From NCBI GenBank assembly GCA_951406725.2, contig OX597843.1:8370001-8434000 (forward strand): DNA of 64,000 nucleotides, in the 5' to 3' direction. Positions 30,778 through 44,297 of this stretch are shown piece by piece; the first letter of the stretch is position 1, and each line of letters opens with the position of its first letter. The stretch comes from Octopus vulgaris (Eukaryota). The notes beneath the pieces were generated by a model, which saw only the letters and a program-made list of their open reading frames with translations, was not told the origin of the DNA and ran no database searches. The position numbers and the translations under genes are program-made.

Positions 30778-31460
30778 CTTTCTACTATAGGCACAGGGCC
30801 TGAAATTTCGAGGAGGGCATAAGTCAGTTGCAACGACCCCAGTTTTCAACTGGTACCTATCTTATCGAATTCGAAAGGTTGACAAGCATCGGCTACATCG
30901 GTGATATTTGAACTTCGAATGTTAAGTCGCGAGAAATTTTGCTAGGCATTTTTTGCGGGTGGGGATCTTTTCGGTTTGAACGGCAGTTTTTTCTAGCGGT
31001 GTCATATGAAATTGTCACCCGTAATTATGACCCTAGTATCGACCTATTGCATTTCTATCGTTTTAGGGTTAGGGTTAGTTAGGATTAGTTAGAGTTAGGG
31101 GTGGGGGAAGGGTATCTTTTTTTCTTCACAAATGTTGTAAATAAACCCAATCTGTTTCTTAAACGAGGGACATATTCATACAGCACAGAATGCTTTTTAC
31201 CTCAATTGACGTCAGTGATTGGTTGAAATTGCAGAAATTGAAGAAAAAAACCCAACAAATATCTTACAAACTTTAGAATTTTCTCAATAAAGCCAAGAGA
31301 AAAAGATGTTTTATAAACACATTCTACCAGTATACGAAGTTTAAATTTTTTTAGTTACCTAGAAATCATTTTTAAAAAACTGCCGTTCAAACCGAAAAGA
31401 TCCTTTTTTTTTTTTAGTCTTTTTCTGACGCGGTATCAATTCCGCCAACACGCCACCTGA
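30778..31460 (-). mobile_element. Old SINE S1 split by the MITE M1 insertion
   Basis: Tail and body at 30778-30952 end at GCTAGGCATTTT; the head resumes after the MITE as TCTGACGCGGTATCAATTCCGCCAACACGCCACCT. Confidence 0.7.
30963..31403 (+). mobile_element. Complete MITE M1 with perfect 30-bp TIRs and internal TTAGGG-like repeats
   Basis: GGATCTTTTCGGTTTGAACGGCAGTTTTTT (30963-30992) and its exact reverse complement (31374-31403); no ORF; no clear TSD. Confidence 0.9.
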
Positions 31461-32023
31461 AATACTCGTTCTAATTTTTTTCTTTCAGCATCGACGAGGA
31501 TCCAAAATCCTGGCCACACAGCAATACGAATAATGTGAAACAGATAGAGAGAAATAACAGGCATAAAACAGTAGGGGATGGAATTTACGCGAAGGGAAAA
31601 TGACTGGGATCAGATTTGTTTCGTTATTGAAAAGGGTCACGAACAATGAAATTATATTAACTTTATTAACAATAATACGAGAGCTAGGACGCCATCTTGC
31701 TGTATGCTCAGATCACGTGTTTTTTCCATGTCGCTTCTAACCCCTGTCACCTTTCCATATTTTTTTCTGTCATTACGTTTTGTCGTTCTTTTTACTATTC
31801 TTCCTCCGATTCCTCCCCCCCCCCTCACCCCCCCCCCATTGTCTCTTATTTTTTTTTCCTCTGTGTGTCTTCCTATGGCTTGTTCGTACTTGAGATGCAT
31901 ATACATACATGCACTTACACACACAAACAAATGCGTTCATATAGACACACACACACACACACACGCATATATATAAACGTAAGTACGATGCATATTATAT
32001 ATACATATATACATATTATGCAC

Positions 32024-32055
<32 letters not shown>

Positions 32056-32094
32056 TAAAGGGATGGGTAGATAAATAGTCAGATAGATAGATAT

Positions 32095-32186
<92 letters not shown>

Positions 32187-32224
32187 GCAGGAAGGCAGAC
32201 AGACAGGCAGACAGACAGACAGAC

Positions 32225-32292
<68 letters not shown>

Positions 32293-32363
32293 GGATGGAT
32301 GGATGGATGGATGGATGGATGGATAGATAAATAGAGAGATAGATAAATTATCACATAGATAAG

Positions 32364-32394
<31 letters not shown>

Positions 32395-32547
32395 CAGAGA
32401 GAGGTAGAGAGAGGGAAACATACACACACACACCACATATATAACCACACGTAAATGCACACATAATACACCGGTACAGACATTTACAAATTGACATTTA
32501 AGCGCAAAAACACGAAGCACCAACAAACTACGCACACACACTGATAT

Positions 32548-32580
<33 letters not shown>

Positions 32581-32639
32581 GATATATATATATATGTATA
32601 TATATGTATATATATATACATATATATATATATACATAC

Positions 32640-32706
<67 letters not shown>

Positions 32707-32915
32707 CTTATATACTTACATACATAGAAGTATTCAAATACGCATTAACTTACAACAACAACAACAAAACGCACTAATGTCCTCACAGATGCATTAATAA
32801 ACCCCAAACACATACGTCTATACACTAAATGACACGTGATAAAACTCCGTGACACATTAAAAAGTACGAAAATGGCGGACAAACAGAGAGGCGAAGACAT
32901 GCACCAACGTATGTG

Positions 32916-32955
<40 letters not shown>

Positions 32956-33906
32956 CATGCATATTGGTAAACAGGCAGACAGATACTAAACAAGATTTAT
33001 AAACAGTCGTGGAGACAGAAAGAGAGCGGGAAGGAGCGAAAGGAGAGGCAGCGGGTTTGAATAAGAATTTTCGTTTTTATTAGTTGTTGTTAATTCGCCA
33101 TTGCTGTCTTCGCCTCGTCAAAATAAAGACCTCGTCTCTTCCAAACTGTTTCCCCCCGCTCCCATTCGCACCACGTACCGACCAACACACCTTTCTTCCT
33201 TTCCTCATGCGTATACAAACGGGTCCCCTATGCCACTCCCCCCACCGTCCCACCGTCCCACCCGCGCCCACCCCCGCCGTCCCGCGCATCCCCGTTATTC
33301 AGAACGCTGCAAACAATGCGATGACAGAGAAGTCAACGCACGGATGACAATGATGAAGATGGGTGAATGAAATGAGAAAAAAAAAAAAAATTCTTGTGTC
33401 TAGTTGGGTGTGAGGGTGGGTGTGGGGGGCTGACGGAGGGGGACAAGAACGCGTTTTTTAATGGGTTTGTGATGTGTCCCCTTCTCTGTCTCGTTGTTAT
33501 TGCTCGTGCCCTCATCACTGTCGTCATGTTTTTTGCCGTTCCCTAGCCCCAGGCCAGCTTTGATTAAGAACGCACACGATCAATGACATTCCTTCCATGA
33601 CCGTCCAATCGTCATCATCATCTTCTTCTTCTTCTTCATCTTCTTCTTATTATTATTCTTCTTATTCTTCTTCTTCTTCTTCTTATTATTATTATTATTA
33701 TTATTATTATTCGTCTTTTTCTTCTTTTTCTTCTTCTTCTTCTTCTTCTTCTCCTCCTCCTCCTCCTTCTTCTTCTTCTTCTTCGTCTTCTTCTTCGTCT
33801 TCTTCTTCTTTTCTTCTTCTTCTTCTACTTTTTCTTCTCTCTTTCTTCTTCTCTTCTTCGTCTTTCCTTCATCTTCTTTTTCGTATCATTATTATTATTA
33901 TCATCA

Positions 33907-33981
<75 letters not shown>

Positions 33982-34009
33982 TTATTATTATTATCATTAT
34001 TATTATTAC

Positions 34010-34087
<78 letters not shown>

Positions 34088-34123
34088 CATTATTATTATT
34101 ATTATCATTATTATTATTATAAA

Positions 34124-34339
34124 CGGTGAGGTGGCAGAGATGGATAGCATGCTGGACGAAACGCTTAGCGGTATTTCGCCCGTCGCTACGTTCTGAGTTC
34201 AAATTCCGCCGAGGTCTACTTTGCCTTTCATCCTTTCGAGGCCAATAAGTGAAGTACCAGTGAAACACTGGGGCCGATGTAATCGACTAGTTCCCACCCC
34301 CACACAATTTCAGGCCTTGTGTAGCATTTAGTAGAAAGG

Positions 34340-34340
<1 letters not shown>
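34124..34340 (+). mobile_element. SINE S1 (ATT-tail type) running into (ATT)n
   Basis: CGGTGAGGTGGCAGAG head, GAGTTCAAATTCCGCC, ...ATTTCAGGCCTTGTG...AGTAGAAAGGATTATTATT. Confidence 0.85.
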
Positions 34341-34407
<67 letters not shown>

Positions 34408-34408
<1 letters not shown>

Positions 34409-34765
34409 GAGTGAGAGAGCAGTGCATGCCATGAAAATGACACTGGGGTACAAATTTACGAAGCCCAGTACACCCATCATTACTACCCGTCTGATAAGGG
34501 TACACCAAGCACATGCATCACAACCATATGTGCGCGACATGGTGGTCTCATATCAAGATAAACAGCGCATGACCTTGCACGTAGGGTCCAGTTAGAATTT
34601 TCTTCTGGTCGAGTAACCCATCCCGCTCAAAAGGTCCCGGAATAAGGATTGTTTAAGGATGTTGAACGAACAACCCATGTTTCTGAAGGTGATTTATCCA
34701 AACCTCCAAGAATTCCTTTCAACACATGGCCATGATGCTCCCCCACAACTTCTGCTTGTGATCAG
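34408..34765 (+). mobile_element. Unclassified dispersed repeat R1 adjoining (ATT)n
   Basis: Reverse complement of about 63295-63572; a fragment also lies at 7620-7670. Confidence 0.75.
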
Positions 34766-35034
34766 CACCTTAAACAAGTGTCTTCTAATATAACCTTGGG
34801 CCGACCAAAGTCTTGTGAGTGGATTTAGTAGACGGAAACTGAAAGAAGCCCATGGTAGATCGTTAGCCACTACATACATTTATTTCTCTCCTTGTTTTTT
34901 CTGAGTCCCTTTCTGTAGAAGAGCGTAGGCTCGAAACGTAAAAGACTTTTTCAATTCCTGAGCGTTATACTGATACATCTGTTTGTTTTGTGCACGACCT
35001 GTCTTCGTCTTTTGTTGCTTTTTTCGTAAACTCT

Positions 35035-35104
<70 letters not shown>

Positions 35105-35300
35105 GTGTTTGTATTTGTCCCCCACCATCGCCTGATAACCGATGCCGGTGTGTTTACGCCCCAGTAACTTAGCGGTTCAGCAAAAGAGAACCGATAAAAT
35201 AAGTACTAGGCTTACAAAGAATAAGTCCTGGGGTCGATTTTCTCGACTAAAAGGTGGTGCTCTAGCATGGCCACTGAAACATGACTGAAACACGTAAAAA
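34766..35300 (+). mobile_element. SINE S2 interrupted at its internal TA tract by an H1 element
   Basis: S2 middle ends at GAAAGAAGCCC (about 34850); the 3' half resumes near 35100. Confidence 0.8.
34909..34944 (+). ncRNA. Minimal type I hammerhead-like ribozyme (CUGUAGA core) in H1 element 34851-35037
   Basis: CTTT-CTGTAGA-A-GAGC(GTAG)GCTC-GAAA-CG-TA-AAAG: 4-bp helix I, 4-bp helix II, palindromic ACGT helix III, GUA site. Activity untested. Confidence 0.6.
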
Positions 35301-35411
35301 AAGAAGATATATACATATATACATATAAACATATCTACATATATATAGATATACATATAAATATATCTACATATATATATATATCTATATATATATATAT
35401 ATATATATATA

Positions 35412-35499
<88 letters not shown>

Positions 35500-35594
35500 T
35501 TTATTTTCTGCTGCTTTAAATAAAGCATATTTCTCTACCCCTGGTATTTGAGTACTCTTTTTTCCACCTTGTTTCTCATTTATGTGTTTACTCC

Positions 35595-35680
<86 letters not shown>

Positions 35681-35712
35681 GATATGTAGATATGTTTATA
35701 TGTATATATCGT

Positions 35713-35759
<47 letters not shown>

Positions 35760-36042
35760 TATAATACGTATACGGATTTATATGTATACAGTTTTGATTA
35801 AATTCACATTTTTTTTATTCATTACACCTCATTTCCTCGTATTACCAAATATCCTTTTCATTTCCTCTTCGACTTTTAGACTTCATACATCATACAACAT
35901 CTCACACACTTTTAAAATATATACTAACTTTTATAATACGTTAAAATACGTTAAAATTTTGTTACAATCCTTGTCTATTATCTTATATTGCATATTTCCG
36001 TATGCTTTACCACACATACATACATACAAACAAATGTGTGTA

Positions 36043-36087
<45 letters not shown>

Positions 36088-36311
36088 TTCTTGGTATTCG
36101 TTTGTTATTTGCGGTATCATATGTACTTTGTATTGTAGACGTTTCCTGGTGTTGTCTTCGTTGTTGTTTTGATGTAGATTTTGGATTTTTCAATATTCCG
36201 ATTTAATGTTTGCTAAAGTGCAACACTGTGTTACCGTTATTTTCTGTCTTTGCAGCATTGTTCCACTCATCCTTCTCCCTTGTGGTAAATAAATGAAATC
36301 ATTATTATTAC

Positions 36312-36416
<105 letters not shown>

Positions 36417-36509
36417 TATTATTATTATTATTATTATTATTACTTATTATTATTATTATTATCATTCTTCTTCTTCTTCTTCTTCTTCGTCTTCTTCTTC
36501 TTCTTCTTC

Positions 36510-36600
<91 letters not shown>

Positions 36601-36673
36601 TATTATTATTCTATCATTCTTCTTCTTCTTCTTCTTCTTCGTATTATTCTTCTTCTTCTTCTTCTTCTTCTTC

Positions 36674-36730
<57 letters not shown>

Positions 36731-36786
36731 CATTCTTCTTCTTCTTCTTCTTCTTCTTCGTCTTCTTCTTCTTCTTCTTCTTCTTC

Positions 36787-36935
<149 letters not shown>

Positions 36936-37024
36936 TCAGTTTTGCATGTGACTATATATATTTGTTTTGTATTCTGTATAAGAATTACGTCGTCTGTTTC
37001 TTGCTTGCAGTATTTGATGAGGGT

Positions 37025-37172
37025 GGAAGGCAAGTGGTTTAGTGGTTAGGGATCGTTGGACTCGTCATCGTAAGACTGCGGTTTCGATTCTTCCGAACCT
37101 CAATGCGTTCTGTTCTTGAACAAAACACTTTATATCATGCTTTGTTACAGTCCATTCAGCTGGCAAAAGTAA
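37025..37172 (+). mobile_element. Degenerate S4-like SINE
   Basis: GTGGTTTAGTGGTTAGG A box, GGTTTCGATTC B box, TTCTTGAACAAAACACTTTA, CAGTCCATTCAGCTGGC. Confidence 0.7.
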
Positions 37173-37214
37173 CTTATCCTGCAGCAGACAAGTGGTGAAT
37201 ATATATATATATAT

Positions 37215-37237
37215 GCACATACATGCATACATATATA

Positions 37238-37269
<32 letters not shown>

Positions 37270-37365
37270 CACATACATACATACATACATACATACATAC
37301 ATACATACATACATACATAAATACATACATACATAAATACATACATACATACATACATACATAAA

Positions 37366-37397
<32 letters not shown>

Positions 37398-37411
37398 CAT
37401 ACATACATACA

Positions 37412-37443
<32 letters not shown>

Positions 37444-37723
37444 CACATACATACATACATGTATATATATATATATATACATACATATACACATACATAC
37501 ATACATACATATATATATATATATACATACATACATACATACATACATACATACATACATACATACATACATACATACACACATACATAAATACACACAT
37601 ACATAAATACATACATACACACATACATACATACATACACACATACATAAATACACACATACATAAATACATACATACATACATACATACATACATACAT
37701 ACATACATACATACATACATACA

Positions 37724-37757
<34 letters not shown>

Positions 37758-37800
37758 CATACATACATACATACATACATACATGTATATATATATATAT
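37215..37800. repeat. (TACA)n compound microsatellite
   Basis: Direct reading; a similar array lies at about 53850-54440. Confidence 0.95.
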
Positions 37801-38027
37801 ATACATATGCACATTTTATCATGTGCTTGTTTCAGAACGTATCGACCATAGAACGTCTTTTCGGAAGCCTGGTATTTTGGTATATATTCTATCGATTTAT
37901 TTTCTCGAATCGCGAAGTTACAGGGACATAAATACACCAACACCGGTTTTCTAGCGGTGGCATGGTGGTCAAGCACAGACACAAAGGCACACACACGAAC
38001 ACACACACATATATATATATATATGAA

Positions 38028-38077
<50 letters not shown>

Positions 38078-38079
38078 AT

Positions 38080-38155
<76 letters not shown>

Positions 38156-38218
38156 ATTGTGTGTGTATATATATATATATATATATTTTTCTCTTTGTGT
38201 TTTCATATTTGGATTAAC

Positions 38219-38258
<40 letters not shown>

Positions 38259-38260
38259 AG

Positions 38261-38297
<37 letters not shown>

Positions 38298-38563
38298 ATA
38301 TGTATATCAGTGTGAATGTATGTAAGTATGCATATATTTATGTGTGGGTGCCTTTGTATCGGTGTTTTTCCCCTCATCACTGCTTGACAACCAGTATTGG
38401 TGTCTTTACGTTCGTCTAACTCCTGGGGTCGATTTGTTCGACTAGAAGCCCTTCAAGGTGGTGCTCCAGTACGGCCGCAGTCAAATGACTGAAAACAAAT
38501 AAGAGAATTAAAAAGAACATATGTGGTGTGTGTGTGTGTCTGTGTGTGTGTGCTCACACGTCA

Positions 38564-38605
<42 letters not shown>

Positions 38606-38730
38606 CATATCCCCAAACGCAACCAGCATTCTAACGACAAAGTACATGATCAAAATAACGTGTCGCCTTAATCCAGCGCAAAGAACTTAAAGCAAACCCG
38701 GACAGAACAGCGACGTAGAAGAAAGAGTGA

Positions 38731-38850
38731 GGGCGGGGATCACCGTCAGAGGCCCGGGCCAGTCACGTAACATACCGCGTAGCCAATGATCGGCCGGCAC
38801 ATGTCATTGCTTGGCTGCTCATTGGCTGCCACCGCGAGTGCGGTGGTGCG
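38731..38850 (+). promoter_or_regulatory. GC-rich unique island with a GC box and two inverted CCAAT boxes; alternatively an RNA hairpin
   Basis: GGGCGGGG 38731-38738; AGCCAATGA 38781-38789; TCATTGGCT 38819-38827; CpG-rich relative to the flanks. Confidence 0.45.
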
Positions 38851-38961
38851 TGGGGCGAGAGTAATTTGGGATGGTCCCGACTGAGTATAGTCTATTGCTA
38901 TATTTTAGTTGTATTGAGTGTGTACTGTAAATAGGCCAACCCTGTGTATATATTTTCCGTG

Positions 38962-39001
<40 letters not shown>

Positions 39002-39129
39002 GGTGTGTATACGGTTAGATAGATAGATAGACAGATAGATAGATAGATAGATAGATTAGACAGATAGCTGTTTATGTTTACGAGTAAATGTTTGCATATA
39101 CAGAAATATGTATCCTTATGTAAGGTATG

Positions 39130-39191
<62 letters not shown>

Positions 39192-39334
39192 TATATACAC
39201 GTATATATTGATTTGTGTGTGTATATATTTATATGTGTGTGTGCATGTATGTATATATGTATATATATATATATATATATGACACAGCATGGCCACAGCT
39301 CATGAGCTGAAACTGGAAAAATCAAAATCAAAAT

Positions 39335-39379
<45 letters not shown>

Positions 39380-39845
39380 TATATATATACATACATATAT
39401 ATATACATACATGCGTATATATATATATGCAAGTATCTATGTATAAATGCGTGTATAAGTGATGGGGTTGATTCATTTGACTGAAAAATTCCACAAAGCT
39501 GTGCCCTAGCATGGCCGCAGTTTAATGACTGAAACAAACAAAAGGTAAAAGAATATGTGTGTGTGTGTGTTGATAGATATATAGATAAATATATATACAC
39601 ACATACCTTTGCGTGTATGTATATTTGTGTACCTAAAATCTTTATCAAATCTGAATGCCGAGATAAGCATTCAAATATAATTTCAGAGTATACTCTACCT
39701 CGGGTATTGAGTACTTCTGATAGAGTATACTCTACCTCGGGTATTGAGTACTTTTGTGTGTACATAGATAAATTGATAGATAGATCGATAGATAGATAGA
39801 TAGATAGATAGATAAGTAGATAGATAAATACATACATACATAGAC

Positions 39846-39971
<126 letters not shown>

Positions 39972-40005
39972 GCAGGCAGGCAGGCAGGCAGACAGACAGA
40001 CAGGC

Positions 40006-40073
<68 letters not shown>

Positions 40074-40117
40074 TATATTAGATAGATAGATAGATTATAT
40101 TAGATAGATAGATAGAT

Positions 40118-40206
<89 letters not shown>

Positions 40207-40971
40207 GCATGCATTTATGAATTTGCCAACATTTGAAATAGATAGAGCGCAGAACGAATTCGCAAAAAAAGAAGATAAATAAAGAAGAAAGAAAAGAATG
40301 AAGGCAAAATGAAGAAAGAAATATCACCATAAAGAATAGCAATAACAACAACAATAATATAGATATAAATAAACAAATGAAAAAAAAAGCCTTTTCTATT
40401 AATTTAGAATTTGAGAGACAGTGAAACGTGAGAATCGAAACCGGAACACTACGATACAAACACTTCGATATAAATGAATCTGATAAGACGCAACATCATT
40501 GAAATGAAGTAGAAAATTAGACGCGAGAACGGCAGTAAAACACTGATTTTTATTGATTTTTTTTAACATAAGCACAAGGGTTTGAAAATGGCGGATATGT
40601 TAACGTCTGCTTAATCGATCGATGACGCTGGTTTTATTACATCCGACAAATAGTGAAGTATAGCGTCGGCACTTGTTATAGATATGCATCGAGGTTATGC
40701 TATTGGTTAACTACGTTACTAACTGCATGTGTCTGTAATATGATGAGTAAATATTTATCTTGAGATTCTTTTCATTTGCAAATTGTTCCACTTAACTTTT
40801 CTCTTTTTTATTTTCCCCATTTTTTCCTGACTTGTTTATGGAATGATGATCATATGTAGAAGATATATACGCCATATATATATATATATATAAATTAAAC
40901 TTAAATGCTGAAGTAAATCGAACGGCTTTTGTGTGTTTCTTAAATGGCTTACAAACACCTTCCACGCTGCA

Positions 40972-41061
<90 letters not shown>

Positions 41062-41526
41062 TATTATATATATATGTATATGTATATGTATATAAATACA
41101 AAATGTGACAAGAACGCAAAGCATTTAGGAGACGATACAAAAAATATGGAAGGGTCATTCGAAGCCTTCAATCTTCAGGCAAGAACCGGATCATCCTCGC
41201 AATTTCGGCTGATTAATCTTGAGATTGCTCCGATCTCGCCAGCCCCAAGGAGAAACTAAGCTACGAGCATTAGATTTCTTGGAAAAAGGATCGAATATAT
41301 ACGAAACAAGGACAGAAAAACCGACGATGTGTCACGAATATAAATATAAAAAATAATAATAATAACAACAAAAGGCGTCTTTCGACTTAGACGAATTGAA
41401 CTCAGCTGGCGTATTTGAAAAATAATGCCTTACGGCGGACATATATGAGCAGGCGTGGATGTGAGGTAAGAAGTTCGCTTCCCCACCACATGGTTCAGTC
41501 CCACCGCGTGGAAGTTTCGTAGTCCT

Positions 41527-41852
41527 CAACTGGTATCGATTTTATTAATCCCGAAAGGATGAAAGGCAAAGTCGACCCCGGCAGAATTTGAACTTCAAAC
41601 CGCTATTTTGTCCTGTGTGCTTACAATTCTGCCCGCTGGCCGCCATGCCCCTAAGTAATATTAGTTTCACATTTTGACACTAGGGTAAGTCGAATGCATC
41701 AACCCCAGTGTACAACAGGTACTTATTTTATTGACCCGAAAGGATGAAAGCAAAGTTGACCCCGGCGGAATTTGAACTTTGAACGTAAAGATGGACGAAA
41801 TTCTGCGAGGCATTTTTCCCGGCGTGCTAACGATTCTGCCAGCTTGCCAACT
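41527..41852 (-). mobile_element. Two degenerate S1 copies, preceded by an S2 head fragment near 41445-41520
   Basis: CCCGAAAGGATGAAAG(G)CAAAGTYGACCCCGGC occurs twice. Confidence 0.8.
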
Positions 41853-42160
41853 TGTCCCTAATTAATATTGATATTCATTATTAAACACTTAGTATAATAA
41901 AATAAACACGTTAATTAGTACAAACATACTTGAGGTGGACATTGTAAACCGTCGTTTTAAATTAATCTCATTGGTGAGAGAAGCTCCATAATTTTACAAA
42001 AAAGGATTTTTTGCTGTAGCCTGAGGGAAATGGTGTAATGATAGGTTCGTGTATATTTTGCTATTTCAAGCATTCTGGGATTCTGAGAATTTGGTAGCGA
42101 GAAACGATTCTAGAATTATGGGGAGGGGGTGATAGTTATGGTGTTAGTTATGGTGTTTAA

Positions 42161-42562
42161 AAGGTGGCGAGCTGGCAGAATCGTTAGCACGCCGGGCGAA
42201 ATGCTTAGCCGTATTTCGTCTGTCGTTACGTTCTGAGTTCAAATTCCGCCAAGGTCGATTTTGCCGTTAATCATTTCGGGATCGATAAATTAAGTACCAG
42301 TTACGCACTGGGGTCGATATAATCGACTTAATCCGTTTGTCCCCTCTGTGTTTAGTCCCTTGTGGGCTGTAAAGAAATAGATATTTCGTCTGCCGTTACG
42401 TTCTGAGTTCAAATTCGGCCGAGGTCGACTTTGGCTTTGATCCTTTCGGGGTCGATAAATTAAGTATCAGTTACGCACTGGGGTCGATCTAATCGACTTA
42501 ATCCCTTTGTCTGTCCTTGTTTGTCCCTTCTGTGTTTAGCCCCTTGTGGGCAATAAAGAAAT
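42161..42562 (+). mobile_element. SINE S1, head plus two bodies, with an apparent 11-bp TSD
   Basis: GTTATGGTGTT at 42147-42157 and 42565-42575; body repeated from TATTTCGTCTG. An older S1 copy follows at about 42662-42860. Confidence 0.92.
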
Positions 42563-43419
42563 ATGTTATGGTGTTATAGCAGGGAAGTATTACATCTAAA
42601 ATTCCTTAGAGCATCATACAACCGCCTTGCGGAATTTGCTTCTGCTCTTTGAGTTTAAGAAAAAGGCAACGAACTGGCAGAATCGTTAGTACACCGGGCA
42701 GAATGTCCACAGGCATTTCGTCCATCATAACGTTTTGAGTTCAAATCCCGCCGAGCTTGACCTCGTCATTCAACCGTCCAGCGCCTTTAAAACCGGTACC
42801 AGTTGAACACTGAGGTCGACTTACGTACTCCATCGAAACTACTAGGCTTCTACCGAAATTCGGAGTCAACATTACATCAAGGATTCAAATTAACTGACGT
42901 GAAACTTAGTAAAGCCACGACATGAATCCAATACGGATCGCTTTGAACAAGTTAATATTCAAACGTAGGGGCCCGGAAACAGTGGGTGCAGGAGGTGCAA
43001 GAGTACCTCCTAAAAGATTTGGTGGGTGCAGAAACAAATTTTGCGTCACTTCTTACTTTTCTCAGATATAGAAAACTGAACAAAAAACGGTCTTTAAGAA
43101 GTAGCTTTAGGTTAGGCTGCTTCTCAAAGAAGAAAGAACAAAAATACATTTTTGAAAAAGCCAGTTAGACCTTATTTGTAAAACATTTTGGTCAAGGGTT
43201 TGCACACACAAAGAAAATTTCGACCCTCAGTCGGTGTTCAAATGTACAAATATAATGAATGAATGCATATACATATGTGTGTGTGTTCGTGTGTGTGTAG
43301 GTAAAACTGCGTATACTCGTCAATCTATACATTTACGTATGTGTATAAGAATGTAATTGTATATATATATATACACACAAACACAATGATTATATATATA
43401 TAATTATTATATATACATA

Positions 43420-43826
43420 GGCGCAGGCGTGGCTGTGTGGTAAGTAGCTTGTTTACCAACCACATGATCCGGGTTCAGTCTCACTGCGTGACACCTTGGG
43501 CAAGTGTCTTCTACTATAGCCTCGGGCCGACCAAAGCCTTGTGAGTGGATTTGGTAGACGGAAACTGAAAGAAGCCTGTCGTATATATCTATGTATATAT
43601 ATATATATATCCGTATGTGTGTTTGTGTGTCTGTGTTTGTACTCCTAGCATTGCTTGACAACCGATACTGGTGTGTTTACGTCCCCGTCACTTAGCGGTT
43701 CGGCAAAACAGACCGATAGTATAAGTACTGGGCTTACAAAAGAATAAGTCCCAGGGTCGAGTTGCTCGATTAAAGGCGGTGCTCCAGCATGGCCGCAGTC
43801 AAATGACTGAAACAAGTAAAAGAGTA
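43420..43826 (+). mobile_element. Full-length SINE S2
   Basis: tRNA-like head (GGCGCAGGCGTGGCTGTGTGG; GGTTCAGTCTC), CORE-like GTGACACCTTGGGCAAGTGTC, 3' end AAATGACTGAAACAAGTAAAAGAG. Confidence 0.92.
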
Positions 43827-43936
43827 AAGTGTATATATACAGGATTCATTACCACGTAAATACACTTATAGAAATGTCAATGTATACATATGTGTATCTA
43901 TGTGTATATAGATATATATATATGCATGCGCACGTG

Positions 43937-43970
<34 letters not shown>

Positions 43971-44263
43971 AACACACACACATACACAGGTTGTGTGAGG
44001 GAATGGGTGAGGTTGTGTATACACGCGTGTGAAATTTGTCAAGCGTACACTAATACAATGTAATGCACAAAACCTAAGAACTCATATTGCCCTTAACCCA
44101 GCCCCTAGAAGAGAAGAGTCCCTTAATTAAATGAATACCACCCCTAATTATTAGCATGTATCCGTCGACATATCCCACACACCACCTAAAGCACAGGATT
44201 ACAAACCAGGCGTTTCATCCCCTTTTCCATCAGGAACTCAGAATTCATCAACTCAAAGGTGCC

Positions 44264-44297
<34 letters not shown>

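Noticed and set aside
31062-31102. Telomere or interstitial telomeric array
   Set aside because: Only a few imperfect TTAGGG units, internal to MITE M1.
42966-43230. hAT-like MITE end (TAGGGGCCCGGAAAC...GGTGCAGGAGGTGCA)
   Set aside because: No matching second TIR or TSD found.
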